In this document: piece after piece, positions 18,360-27,379 of the stretch
How positions within the stretch are numbered: the first letter of the stretch is position 1
How the letters are laid out: each line of letters starts with the position of its first letter
Source of the DNA: Armatimonadota bacterium
Lineage (GTDB): Bacteria > Armatimonadota > SYMT01
Assembly (NCBI GenBank): GCA_041690135.1
Contig: JAWLHY010000001.1
Location: forward strand, 608,001 to 672,000
Reading direction: 5' to 3'
Length of the DNA: 64,000 bases
Made by a program: the position numbers and the translations under genes
Notes under the pieces: generated by a model
What the model was told of the DNA's origin: nothing
The model's input: only the letters and a program-made list of their open reading frames with translations
The model's database searches: none

Positions 18360-19742
18360 ATGATCAACCTGGAACATTCCGGTCAGCCCTTGTGCGACGG
18401 AATCTCGCGCCGGGAGTTCCTGCGGGTGGGCGGGCTCGGACCGCTGGCGCTCTCGCTGCCGGGCCTCTATGCCGGGCAGGCACACGCCGCTACCACGCGA
18501 CCCCGGGGCACCGCGAAACGGTGCATCCAGATCTTCCTGTGGGGCGGTCCCGGCGCGCAGGAGACCTGGGACCTCAAGCCCGAGGCCCCTGTGGAGGTCC
18601 GCGGCGAGTTCAAGCCGATTCCGACCACGGTGGACGGGCTGCAGGTCTGCGAGCACATGCCGATGCTGGCGCGGCGGGCTCACCGGTACGCCGTGGTGCG
18701 GAGCTGCACCCATACCGGCATCAACCACGGCACCAGCGCCTACCACATGCTGACGGGGCACATCCACTTCGACCCCGGCACGCTCCGTCGCCCAAGCAAA
18801 GGCGACATGCCCAACCTGGGGATCAACGCCTCTCGCTTTCTGTCGCATCCGCCCAACCTGCCGGCCTGTGTGAAGATCCCACACCCGATCTGGGATGGGG
18901 GCGTCACCGAGGTGCCGGGGCAGCGGCCTGGAATCCTGGGAGACCGCTTCGAGCCGTTCCGGGTGACGGGCGACCTCACGGAAAAGGAATTCCGGCCGGA
19001 GGTGCTGCGGATGGCGCCGGGCGTGGATAACCAGCGCCTGAACCGCCGCGCGGGCCTGCTGGAATCGATCGAGCAGCGCGCGGACTACCTGCGGCGGGAC
19101 GGGGAAGGGAGCACGATCTCCGTCTTCTACGAGAAGGCGCTCAACCTGCTCAGCTCGCCGGACACCTACCGGGCTTTCGACCTGGCCAGCGAGCCGGTGA
19201 AGGCGCGGGAGCGGTACGGCATGCACTGGTTTGGGCAGAGCCTCTGCCTGGCGCGCCGGCTGATCGAGGCGGGCGTGCCGCTGGTGACCGTCTATTGGAA
19301 CACCCCGGCGCTGACCGTGGATGAGAGCTGGGACACGCATGCCGAACAGCACCGCCGGATGAAGGACTGCATCCTGCCGCCGTTCGACAAGGGACTATCC
19401 GCGCTGCTGGACGAGCTGACGGAGCGGGGTCTCTTCGATGAGACGCTGGTGACGTGGTACGGCGAATTCGGTCGAACGCCCAAGATCAACCGCAAGGGCG
19501 GCCGGGATCACTGGGGATTCTGCCAGTCGATCGGGTTTGCGGGCGGCGGGATCCGCGGTGGGGTGGTCCACGGAAGCTCCACGCCGGACGGCGGCTACGC
19601 GCATTCCGACCCCGTGACGCCGGACGACGTGGCGGCGACCGTTTTCCACTGCCTGGGGGTCAACCACCACCAGATGATGTACGACATCCAGCAGCGGCCA
19701 TTGCCGCTCAGCAACGGGGAGCCGATCAAGGCTATTCTTTGA
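18360..19742 (+). CDS. DUF1501 domain protein
   Basis: SRREFL, GGPGAQETWDLKP, WDTH, GEFGRTPKIN..GGRDHW. Confidence 0.93.
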   Translation: MINLEHSGQPLCDGISRREFLRVGGLGPLALSLPGLYAGQAHAATTRPRGTAKRCIQIFLWGGPGAQETWDLKPEAPVEVRGEFKPIPTTVDGLQVCEHMPMLARRAHRYAVVRSCTHTGINHGTSAYHMLTGHIHFDPGTLRRPSKGDMPNLGINASRFLSHPPNLPACVKIPHPIWDGGVTEVPGQRPGILGDRFEPFRVTGDLTEKEFRPEVLRMAPGVDNQRLNRRAGLLESIEQRADYLRRDGEGSTISVFYEKALNLLSSPDTYRAFDLASEPVKARERYGMHWFGQSLCLARRLIEAGVPLVTVYWNTPALTVDESWDTHAEQHRRMKDCILPPFDKGLSALLDELTERGLFDETLVTWYGEFGRTPKINRKGGRDHWGFCQSIGFAGGGIRGGVVHGSSTPDGGYAHSDPVTPDDVAATVFHCLGVNHHQMMYDIQQRPLPLSNGEPIKAIL

Positions 19743-19744
19743 CC

Positions 19745-20206
19745 CTATTTGAGCAGCGAGCTCCACTCCTGGTCGATGGGGGTTTCTTCGTCGGTTTCTT
19801 CCCATTCGGCCCAGAGAGCGTTCATTTCGTGGTGGCGCCGCTGCTCGAGGACGTAGGCCATCACGCGTTTCACGTGGGAGCGGCTCACGCTGAAGACGCC
19901 GTAACCGTCGTCCCAGAGGAAATCGGGGTCGTCCAGCAGGTTGGCGCCGATGTGGCGCGCGGACCCTTCCTTCACCCGCTGCACCAGGTCGTCGGGAGCG
20001 ATGCTGGAGGGGAGCATGACCAGCAGGTGGACGTGATCCGGCATGCCGCTGACGGCCATCACCGAGCAGCCGAGGGACTTGGCCTCGCTTTCGATGCAGC
20101 GCCACGCCGCCCGCTCGATGTCGTTTGAGATCAACGGCTGCTTGCGGTGCGTGGCCCACACCAGGTGGATGTAGATCTCCGACTTGCTGTGACTCCGGCT
20201 GCCCAT
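19745..20206 (-). CDS. tnpA: IS200/IS605-type Y1 HUH transposase (stand-alone, RAYT-like)
   Basis: YIHLVWAT, GMPDHVHLL, WDDGYGVFSVS, YVLEQRRHH; no tnpB and no visible terminal hairpins. Confidence 0.88.
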   Translation of the reverse strand: MGSRSHSKSEIYIHLVWATHRKQPLISNDIERAAWRCIESEAKSLGCSVMAVSGMPDHVHLLVMLPSSIAPDDLVQRVKEGSARHIGANLLDDPDFLWDDGYGVFSVSRSHVKRVMAYVLEQRRHHEMNALWAEWEETDEETPIDQEWSSLLK

Positions 20207-20301
20207 GACACTCAATCTCCCCCTGGCGCACTCGACCTATTGGCCGAGAGGCGTCTGCATCGTTAGAAGGGGATTCTGGCACGTCCGGCAGAGAAAAAGA
20301 C

Positions 20302-20934
20302 CTACTTTCGATGGATAGTTGTTGCTTGGCCGACACGCTCTGTCCAGAGTTCAAGGGCGCGAGCGTGTTCTTCGGGGGTGTTCACATTCAGGAAGGTCAG
20401 GCCCACCGGGTCCATCTTGCGAAGCTCGTCTTCCCCGACGATGCGCGTCCGGGCGTGCGAGTAGAGATCGACCATCCGACGGTGGCCGGCCGCGAGTTGC
20501 TGCTCCACGAGCGGTTGCATAGAGGTGCGGTAAATCGCCTGCAGCGGGTGGAGACGACCGCTCCACTCCGGAACGACGGCGTCGTAGTCGCCGGACAGGC
20601 CCAGCAGGTAACGCGCGAGGTCGGGATCGAGGAACGGCACGTCGCAGGAAGCGACGAAGGCCAGGGGGCGCGTGATGCACTTGAGCCCTACCGCCAGGCC
20701 GGCCAACGGGCCTTCCCCGGGGCGCTCGTCGTAGACGAGGCGGGCGGGGGTCGGAGGGAGATCCTGGCCCGGCGCGCTCACGACAATGACCTCCGGGAAC
20801 CGGTCCAGCATCCGCTCGACCAGGTGGGCCAGGAGGGGGCGACGATCGAACTCCAGCCAGGCTTTGGGCGTGCCCATCCGGCTGCTGCGGCCGCCGGCGA
20901 GGAAGACCACCGCGCACTCACTCTCCGGAGGCAT
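20302..20934 (-). CDS. mobA: Molybdenum cofactor guanylyltransferase
   Basis: LAGGRSSRMGTPKA, GPLAGL, CDVPF, NVNTPEE. Confidence 0.92.
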   Translation of the reverse strand: MPPESECAVVFLAGGRSSRMGTPKAWLEFDRRPLLAHLVERMLDRFPEVIVVSAPGQDLPPTPARLVYDERPGEGPLAGLAVGLKCITRPLAFVASCDVPFLDPDLARYLLGLSGDYDAVVPEWSGRLHPLQAIYRTSMQPLVEQQLAAGHRRMVDLYSHARTRIVGEDELRKMDPVGLTFLNVNTPEEHARALELWTERVGQATTIHRK

Positions 20935-22771
20935 CCGTATCCTGCTCCGTGGGCGCGGTGGGGGAGGCCTCCGCCGGTTCCAGCAAATCGCCCCGCGCCG
21001 CCAGTCGCCACGCCAGGAATTTCCGGTAGATGCCCTCCTCGAACGCTGCGGTGCCGGCAAAGCTGCGGTCGTCCAGGACCTCCGCACGGAGGTCCGCGAT
21101 GGCCCACCGGGCGACCACCCACGGAGCCATTCCGAACACCTGGAGGAAGGTCACCCCGTTGCGCATCCGGTAGAGGTAACGTTCGGCTTGCTGGGCACCC
21201 TTTTCCGCCTCGCATTCAACGGTGAGGTCCGTAGCGGATTCGCTGCCCGAGGTTTCCAGCTTCTCGTGTTCTACTCCCCAGCCCAGGAGAACGAGCATCG
21301 CCGTTCGGAAACGGCGGAGATCCGATTCCAGGAATCCGCCCTTTGCCGGTTGGGAGACCCGCCGTTCCAGGTGGTTGAGCTGCTCGGCCAAGTATTTTCG
21401 GAGGCTGCCCAGAGCCCGGTGGAGTTCTTCGGCGACCGCCTGTTCGTCTGAAATCCCAGGCGGATTTGTGTTCTTCAGGGCGGGTTGCTCTGTCGCCCCT
21501 TCAGGGCTTTTCTGTGCGGGCGCCGGGTCCGGGGGTTCGCACCCCCGGCTATCCTCTCGCCGCCCCTCCTGGGCTCCGAACCGGCTATCTTCTTGCCGCC
21601 CCTCCGGGGCTGCCAACGGGCTATGTTCCTGTCGCCCCTCCGGGGCTGCCGACGGGCTGTCCACAGCTCCCAATTCTGGGGATACCAACCCGCTGTTCTC
21701 TTGTCGGCCCTCCAGGGCTGCCAACGGGTTTTCCGCAGGTTGCTCTTTCGATTCGGAAGCAGGCTCTGCGGTAACAACGCGGCTCTTGTCGGCACTTGGT
21801 CCATCATGCTTCGGAAGACCCTCGAGTGCTCCTAGCGACAGGATCAGGCTACCCATCATGGAGACGACGGAGGTGAACCCTTCGAATACCTCGGCCAGGC
21901 TCTCCTCCGCGTCCGACGGTAGCGGAGTGGCGCGAGGTGAGAGCGTAGGCGCTTCTGCGGGAGTGGGGGCCCCGGAGGTGGCTCCTACCGAACCGGCCGC
22001 GAGCAGCAGGACGGCGTATTTCCGGCAGATGTGTACCGCGAAATCCATCGGGTGGGATGCGCCGTTCAGGGCGGACAGTGCGGCGATTAGATCATCGAGG
22101 ACGGCATCGATGAACGCCATGGGCTTGAGGCAGGCCGCTTCCGCCATCGGTGGCCCCGAGTGAAAGGTGTAGCGAAAGGTCGGCGGGAGGGACTCGCCCC
22201 ACTCGGGGTGTGGTGGATCGTAGGTGGCATCGCCGGCGCATCGGACCACGGCCTGGAGAAGGCGTGTCTCCTGGGGCCGCGCCGCCCAGGCCAGCACCCC
22301 CGCCTTGAAGGCGTAGAGATCGTCCACGGGTGGAGTATCTCGCAAATGCGCCTTCAGGTCATTCAACCGTTCCAACAGGCGTTCCCGGGCCTCGCGAAAG
22401 AGTAATTCTATGGTGTTATCGGCATCCAATAGTTCCGCCGTCTCCAAGAGCGCGGCGGCCTCCGGATCGGCTGCCCGAGTCGCGGAAACGGCTGAGAGGA
22501 CCGTGTGGAGAATGTCGATTTCTCTCACGCTCAGTTCGAGGGGCTCGGCGAGCCAGGGGATCCGGTTGGGCGTACGGAGACCGGGGGCCTCGCCGCGACC
22601 CCAGGACATGCTGCCGCGGAAGGGCCAGCGGTCGTACGGGGAGCCGCCGGAAGGGGGACCGGCTTCCCCCGACCCGGGAGGGGCGGGCGGCCAGCGAGGC
22701 GGGCCGCCACGCGAGCCGGAGGGCAGGGTGTCCGGCGGCTTGAATTCTTCCTGCGTGTCCGGAGCGTGCAT
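20918..22771 (-). CDS. Hypothetical protein with in-frame REP-derived insertion
   Basis: 617-aa ORF co-directional with neighbours, overlapping the mobA start; APEGRQE-type repeats are encoded by REP hairpins. Confidence 0.7.
   Translation of the reverse strand: MHAPDTQEEFKPPDTLPSGSRGGPPRWPPAPPGSGEAGPPSGGSPYDRWPFRGSMSWGRGEAPGLRTPNRIPWLAEPLELSVREIDILHTVLSAVSATRAADPEAAALLETAELLDADNTIELLFREARERLLERLNDLKAHLRDTPPVDDLYAFKAGVLAWAARPQETRLLQAVVRCAGDATYDPPHPEWGESLPPTFRYTFHSGPPMAEAACLKPMAFIDAVLDDLIAALSALNGASHPMDFAVHICRKYAVLLLAAGSVGATSGAPTPAEAPTLSPRATPLPSDAEESLAEVFEGFTSVVSMMGSLILSLGALEGLPKHDGPSADKSRVVTAEPASESKEQPAENPLAALEGRQENSGLVSPELGAVDSPSAAPEGRQEHSPLAAPEGRQEDSRFGAQEGRREDSRGCEPPDPAPAQKSPEGATEQPALKNTNPPGISDEQAVAEELHRALGSLRKYLAEQLNHLERRVSQPAKGGFLESDLRRFRTAMLVLLGWGVEHEKLETSGSESATDLTVECEAEKGAQQAERYLYRMRNGVTFLQVFGMAPWVVARWAIADLRAEVLDDRSFAGTAAFEEGIYRKFLAWRLAARGDLLEPAEASPTAPTEQDTDASGE
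21484..21725 (-). repeat. Intragenic cluster of family A REP hairpins
   Basis: Five GCCCCGGAGGGGCG-type hairpins plus CCGGGGGTTCGCACCCCCGG. Confidence 0.85.
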
Positions 22772-22801
22772 CGGGCACCCTCCCCCGGGGTTGTGTGGTC
22801 G

Positions 22802-23113
22802 TCAGGAACGCCGGCTTCCCACCACCTGGGTCTCTTCGTGGGACTGGTGTGCTCCCAGGGAACGGCTTTCCAGGTGGTCCAGGCGACGATCCACGAGGCG
22901 CATCTGGTTATCAAGACCAAGGATCAGGTCATTGTTCTGCCGGCGGAGGTGCTGGACCTCTTCCCGCAGGGCCTTGATCTCCTGGGTGAAGGTGGCCTGG
23001 TCGTCCCGCCCCCGCTTCTGGAAAATGGCCTTGATCGTGTTGAGGAGCGTCACCCAGACGCCCGTGCCGGCCGCGATGGCCACGACCGCCACTACCATTT
23101 CTTCTTCGCCCAT
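22802..23113 (-). CDS. Small membrane-anchored coiled-coil protein
   Basis: N-terminal TM, EIKALREEVQHLR; RBS GGAGGG. Confidence 0.7.
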   Translation of the reverse strand: MGEEEMVVAVVAIAAGTGVWVTLLNTIKAIFQKRGRDDQATFTQEIKALREEVQHLRRQNNDLILGLDNQMRLVDRRLDHLESRSLGAHQSHEETQVVGSRRS

Positions 23114-23133
23114 TGCACCCTCCCCAGGTCCGA

Positions 23134-23583
23134 TCAAAGGTCGGCCAGCAGATCTCCCGCCGCATGGGACCGGAGGCGTTCGAACTGCGCTCGCAGCCAC
23201 TCCCGGTCTTCCCGCCGGCCGCGGAGGGCTTCCTCCTGGGCCTGCACGTACTCCTGAAACCGCCCCCGGAACTGGCCCCGCTGAAACGCTTCTTTGACGG
23301 CCCGGACGGCGCCCCAGTTCGAAACACGCAGCCGCAGCATCAAGTCATTATCGTCGACGCGGCCGGCCACTTCGACTTCTCCGACGGTCGCCCGGGGCAC
23401 CTCCGGGCTTCCGTCGGGAAAGCCATGCGTCCACCCGGCGGGAGCGTTCTCCGGGCTGCAGAAGAAGAGGATGGAACGTGAGCGCACGCGGAAGTAGCCG
23501 CCATGGACCAGGTCCAGCTCCGCGGCGGCTTGCTTCACCGCTTCCCACTCCTCGGTTGTCAGTTCGATCCGGTCCTCGTCCAC
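23134..23583 (-). CDS. Hypothetical protein
   Basis: 149-aa ORF starting 5 bp after the M16 gene stop. Confidence 0.7.
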   Translation of the reverse strand: MDEDRIELTTEEWEAVKQAAAELDLVHGGYFRVRSRSILFFCSPENAPAGWTHGFPDGSPEVPRATVGEVEVAGRVDDNDLMLRLRVSNWGAVRAVKEAFQRGQFRGRFQEYVQAQEEALRGRREDREWLRAQFERLRSHAAGDLLADL

Positions 23584-23588
23584 GAGTA

Positions 23589-24818
23589 CTAGCTTAGTGA
23601 CTGGAGGGGCCCCAGGGCAACGATCGTGAGCGTATCGAACGGCCTCCGATCCAGGAACGCTCCGATGTCGGCCAGGGTTACGCCGAGATAGCGATCGATG
23701 ACCTCATCCAGCGGCGCGTGAGTCTGCCGGTACTGCCAATCGAAGCCCACGTGGAACAGGCGGCCGCGCGGAGTCTCGTCGTGGAGCACCAGCGCACTGG
23801 CGATCTTGCGCTTGGCCCGCTCCAGCTCGTCCGCCGTCAGGCCTTCGTCCAATACCTTGGCGTAGACGCCGCGGATGCGGTCTACCACCGTCTGAGTGTT
23901 CTCGGGGTCGCAGGAGGCGTAGCCGAAAAAGGTGCCGGAGCCGTCCTCCTCATCGTGTCCGAGGCGGACACTGTCGGCCAGACCGGGATCGACCAACTCC
24001 CAGTAGAGCCGGCTGCCCTCGCCGCCGCCGATGACGTGCGCCACGATGTCCGCGAGATACCGCTGATCGCTCTGCGCCGGGACGCCGGGGGAAACGAAAG
24101 CCACGTGCTCGCGATGGATCTGTTCCTTCACGATCGTGTGCACGCCGGAGCGCGGCTCGAACGGGGGTGTCTCGCGCGGGCTGTCCGCCGGACGCCAGTT
24201 CTTCGTGGCCGCGGAAACCCGGTGGACCGCCTGGTCCCAGTCGAAGTTGCCGGTGAGCGCCAGCAGCAGGTTGTTTGGCGCGTAACGGCGCTCCCAGTAA
24301 GCGCACATCTGGTCGCGCTGGAGGGCTGTGATCGACTCGGAGGTGCCCAGCACGGACTGTCCTAGCGGGTGATTCTTGTAATAGATGGACCGCGCCTCGT
24401 CGATGACGGTGAACTGCGGACGGTCCTTGTACATCGCGATCTCTTCCAGGATGACGTTCTTCTCCATGTCAAAGTCGTCGTTCCGGAGGCTCGGATGCAT
24501 CATGTCGGTCAGCAGGTCCAGCAGTCCCGCCTGGTGCTCGGGCAGCACCGCGCCGTAGTAGACGGTGTACTCCTCGCCGGTGAAGGCGTTGTAGTCCGCC
24601 CCCATCTCATCGAACTCACGGTTCACGTCGTCCGCGCTCCGCCGTTCAGTGCCCTTGAACAGCATATGCTCGAGGAAGTGGCTCACCCCGCTCACTTCGG
24701 CTGTTTCGTCCCGGGCGCCCGTGCGGACGAAGTATCCGCCCGCCATGCTCAACGCGGACGGCTTCTGCTCGCCGATGATGGTGAGGCCATTATCGAGAAC
24801 GGTCTTCTGGAACTTCAC
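23589..24818 (-). CDS. M16 family zinc peptidase, catalytic subunit
   Basis: GVSHFLEHMLFKGT (HxxEH), NAFT, VILEE. Confidence 0.95.
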   Translation of the reverse strand: MKFQKTVLDNGLTIIGEQKPSALSMAGGYFVRTGARDETAEVSGVSHFLEHMLFKGTERRSADDVNREFDEMGADYNAFTGEEYTVYYGAVLPEHQAGLLDLLTDMMHPSLRNDDFDMEKNVILEEIAMYKDRPQFTVIDEARSIYYKNHPLGQSVLGTSESITALQRDQMCAYWERRYAPNNLLLALTGNFDWDQAVHRVSAATKNWRPADSPRETPPFEPRSGVHTIVKEQIHREHVAFVSPGVPAQSDQRYLADIVAHVIGGGEGSRLYWELVDPGLADSVRLGHDEEDGSGTFFGYASCDPENTQTVVDRIRGVYAKVLDEGLTADELERAKRKIASALVLHDETPRGRLFHVGFDWQYRQTHAPLDEVIDRYLGVTLADIGAFLDRRPFDTLTIVALGPLQSLS

Positions 24819-26053
24819 TCCGCTACCTCCAGTTGCTGCGGCCCCAGGGTCATGATCGTAAAGTCCCGCGCCGGATGCCGCTGCAGGTACTCACGAATGC
24901 TCTCCGGAGTCACCTTCTCCACGCCGGACCGGATCTCGTCCATGGTACGGATCCGGTCGATCAGGTACTGGTCGCGGGCGATTGCGCCCGCGCGGGCGCG
25001 GGAGGTTTCACTCTGCATCACCAGGGAAGAGAGCACGCCGGTCCGGGCGCGCGCCAGTTCCTCGTCGGTCACGCCCTCGCCCAGGCGCACCAGTTCGGCC
25101 AGCAGCACGTCCAGGGTGTCCTGGCAGCGCTCCGGCGTGGTGCTGGCGTACGCGATGATGCTTCCCATCCCCTTCAGGGTCTGCGGCATCGCGCGCACGG
25201 TGTAGCAGAGGCCCCGCTTCTCTCGAACCTCCGTGAACAGGCGCGCCGCCATGCCGCCGGAGAGGACCTCGATGGCCATCCGCATGTTGTAGTAATCGGG
25301 ATGACCTAGCGGCACGGAGGGGTAGACGGCCCCGATCTGCTCCTGGTTGGTGTCCTGCGGGATGTGGCGGTACTTCGTGCGGCCCGCGATGTCGGGGACG
25401 GGTTGCTCCGGCGCGGTCCCTTCCCAGTCGCCCAGGGTGCGATGGATCGTATCGCTCAGCTCCGACCAGGTGAACCGCCCGGCGATCGCCAGGATGGCGC
25501 CGCCCGGACGGTAGCGGCGGGTGTGATCCTGCGCGACGGATTCGGGGGTCAGCGCCTGGAGACCGGCCTCGTTTCCGAGGGGCGTGCGACCGTAGTTGTT
25601 GGTGTAGTAGGCGCGCCGCAGGTTAACGAAAAGCTTGTCGGCCGGGCTGTCTTCGAGGCGCTCCAGCTTCTGGAGCGCCAGGGCCTGCTCCGCGGGGAAC
25701 TGGTCGGCGGGGAGGTGCGGCCGCCGGAGAATATCGGCGTAGATCTCCAGCGCGCGGTGGAGGTCATCGGCCAGCATCGCTCCGCCGAAGGTGGCGTACT
25801 CCAGCTCCGCGCCGCCGCCCCGCTGGATACCCAGGGCGTCCAGGGCGTCGGAAAGCTGTCGCGAATCCCGGCTGCCCGCGCCGCGGTAACAGAGACCTTC
25901 CAGCACGGTGGCGGAACCCTCGAGGCCGTCCGGATCGGTGACGGCGCCGGCGGGAATCAGGAAGTGGAAGGCCGCGGAGCGGACCTCGGGTTGGTGTTCG
26001 GCCACAACGGTGAGGCCGTTCGGTAACTGAAGGGTATAGTGGGTGCCCTGCAA
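24815..26053 (-). CDS. M16 family peptidase, non-catalytic partner subunit
   Basis: LPNGL, no HxxEH, has RLFTEVREKRGLCY; TTG start inferred from RBS. Confidence 0.9.
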   Translation of the reverse strand: MQGTHYTLQLPNGLTVVAEHQPEVRSAAFHFLIPAGAVTDPDGLEGSATVLEGLCYRGAGSRDSRQLSDALDALGIQRGGGAELEYATFGGAMLADDLHRALEIYADILRRPHLPADQFPAEQALALQKLERLEDSPADKLFVNLRRAYYTNNYGRTPLGNEAGLQALTPESVAQDHTRRYRPGGAILAIAGRFTWSELSDTIHRTLGDWEGTAPEQPVPDIAGRTKYRHIPQDTNQEQIGAVYPSVPLGHPDYYNMRMAIEVLSGGMAARLFTEVREKRGLCYTVRAMPQTLKGMGSIIAYASTTPERCQDTLDVLLAELVRLGEGVTDEELARARTGVLSSLVMQSETSRARAGAIARDQYLIDRIRTMDEIRSGVEKVTPESIREYLQRHPARDFTIMTLGPQQLEVAE

Positions 26054-26411
26054 GGATCGACTCCCTTCTTGCCCTCCTCTGGCTCTGAATCTCGCCCGGA
26101 TAAAGACAGACTGTCCAGCAGAGGGGCAGCGGTCACGGTATTCTAACCCTGTCTTTCCCACCACGTCCAAACACGATCCGCGAATGGGCGTTCCGGCGGG
26201 CGATCCGCGAATAGAGCGAATTAAGCGAAGAGATAGGGTGGGTGGTCAGGTGTGGGAAGTATGGCGTGATGCGTGCTTCGTGTTGTGTAATCCGAACTGT
26301 CTGGGGCGTGAGTGAGGCCGGGCAGCGGGCAGTCCGTTCAGGTGGACAAAGGAGAACGGCAAGTGCGGCGGAGGGGGAGTAACATCATGCGAGTGTTGGA
26401 AGAATGAGACG

Positions 26412-27320
26412 ATGAGTTCCACGCGTACCCAGTCCCGGGCTTCGGATTACCTGTCGCTGGTCAATCCGCCGCTGGCGCTTTCTGCCGCAGCGGAGGCGCT
26501 GGCGGGGGCGTTCATCAGTGGCGCCTCGCCCTCGCGGCCGGAGGCATACCTGCTGGCCGTGGCGGCGGCCCTCCTGTTCGGCGCCGGGGCGGTTTTCGGG
26601 CACTACTTCGACCGGGATCTGGACCTGCAGCGAGATACGACCCGCCCTCTGCCGGGCGAGCGCATTCCGCCGGGTACGGCCTGGGGACTCGGATGGATGC
26701 TGCTGGTGCCGGGAGTTCTCCTCCCGTGGCTTACCGGCCGCGATGGACTGCTGGCGGCGATCGGCGTGGCCATGCTCGTGGTGGTCCACGCGGCGGTTAC
26801 GAAAAGCGTGTGGGGCGTCGGGTTCCTGACGATCGGGGCGGCCCGCGCGCTGAACCTGGTGTTAGGATTGACCGCGGGGGAGATCGGCGTGATCGGGTTC
26901 TGGACCGCCACGCTGCCGGTGGTCCTCTATACGGTCGGATGGGCTATCATGCGGGCGGCGCGACAACCGGGCGCGCCGCCGGCCACCGCCTTCATCGGCC
27001 TGCTGCACCTGACGGCCGGGGCCTCGATGCTCTTCTACCTCACGGTTTCGTGGGTCTCCTACCGCGTCGATTCGCTGCCGTTCCTGCTGGGCTTTCTCGC
27101 GCTCACGTTCCCGCGCTTCGTGGGTGCACTCGTGGAGCCGGGCCGCCCGCCGGTGATGCAGGCCGTGCAGTACGGTTTCCTAGGGCTGACGCTGTTGGAA
27201 GCCTCGCTGGCGGCCGGATACCGGGGGTTCTTCCTGGGGCTGATCGTAGCCCTCTTCTGCCTGCCGCTCTATGCGGCGCTGCGGCGATGGCCGGTCAGCC
27301 TGATGCTGGAAGCGCGTTGA
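26412..27320 (+). CDS. UbiA prenyltransferase family (EboC-like) membrane protein
   Basis: HYFDRDLD...RPLP, ARALNLVLG, multiple TM segments. Confidence 0.75.
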   Translation: MSSTRTQSRASDYLSLVNPPLALSAAAEALAGAFISGASPSRPEAYLLAVAAALLFGAGAVFGHYFDRDLDLQRDTTRPLPGERIPPGTAWGLGWMLLVPGVLLPWLTGRDGLLAAIGVAMLVVVHAAVTKSVWGVGFLTIGAARALNLVLGLTAGEIGVIGFWTATLPVVLYTVGWAIMRAARQPGAPPATAFIGLLHLTAGASMLFYLTVSWVSYRVDSLPFLLGFLALTFPRFVGALVEPGRPPVMQAVQYGFLGLTLLEASLAAGYRGFFLGLIVALFCLPLYAALRRWPVSLMLEAR

Positions 27321-27336
27321 AGGTTGAAGGTTGAAG
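27316..27336 (+). repeat. GTTGAAG x3 heptamer run
   Basis: Same unit as the arrays flanking the four-helix-bundle gene; overlaps the UbiA stop codon. Confidence 0.85.
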
Positions 27337-27379
27337 GGACTCCCCGACTGGGCGCGTTTCGGACGGCGTGTAGGTCGGG

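Noticed and set aside
19745-20300. Complete IS200/IS605 insertion sequence
   Set aside because: No subterminal hairpins or tnpB; the gene abuts its neighbour
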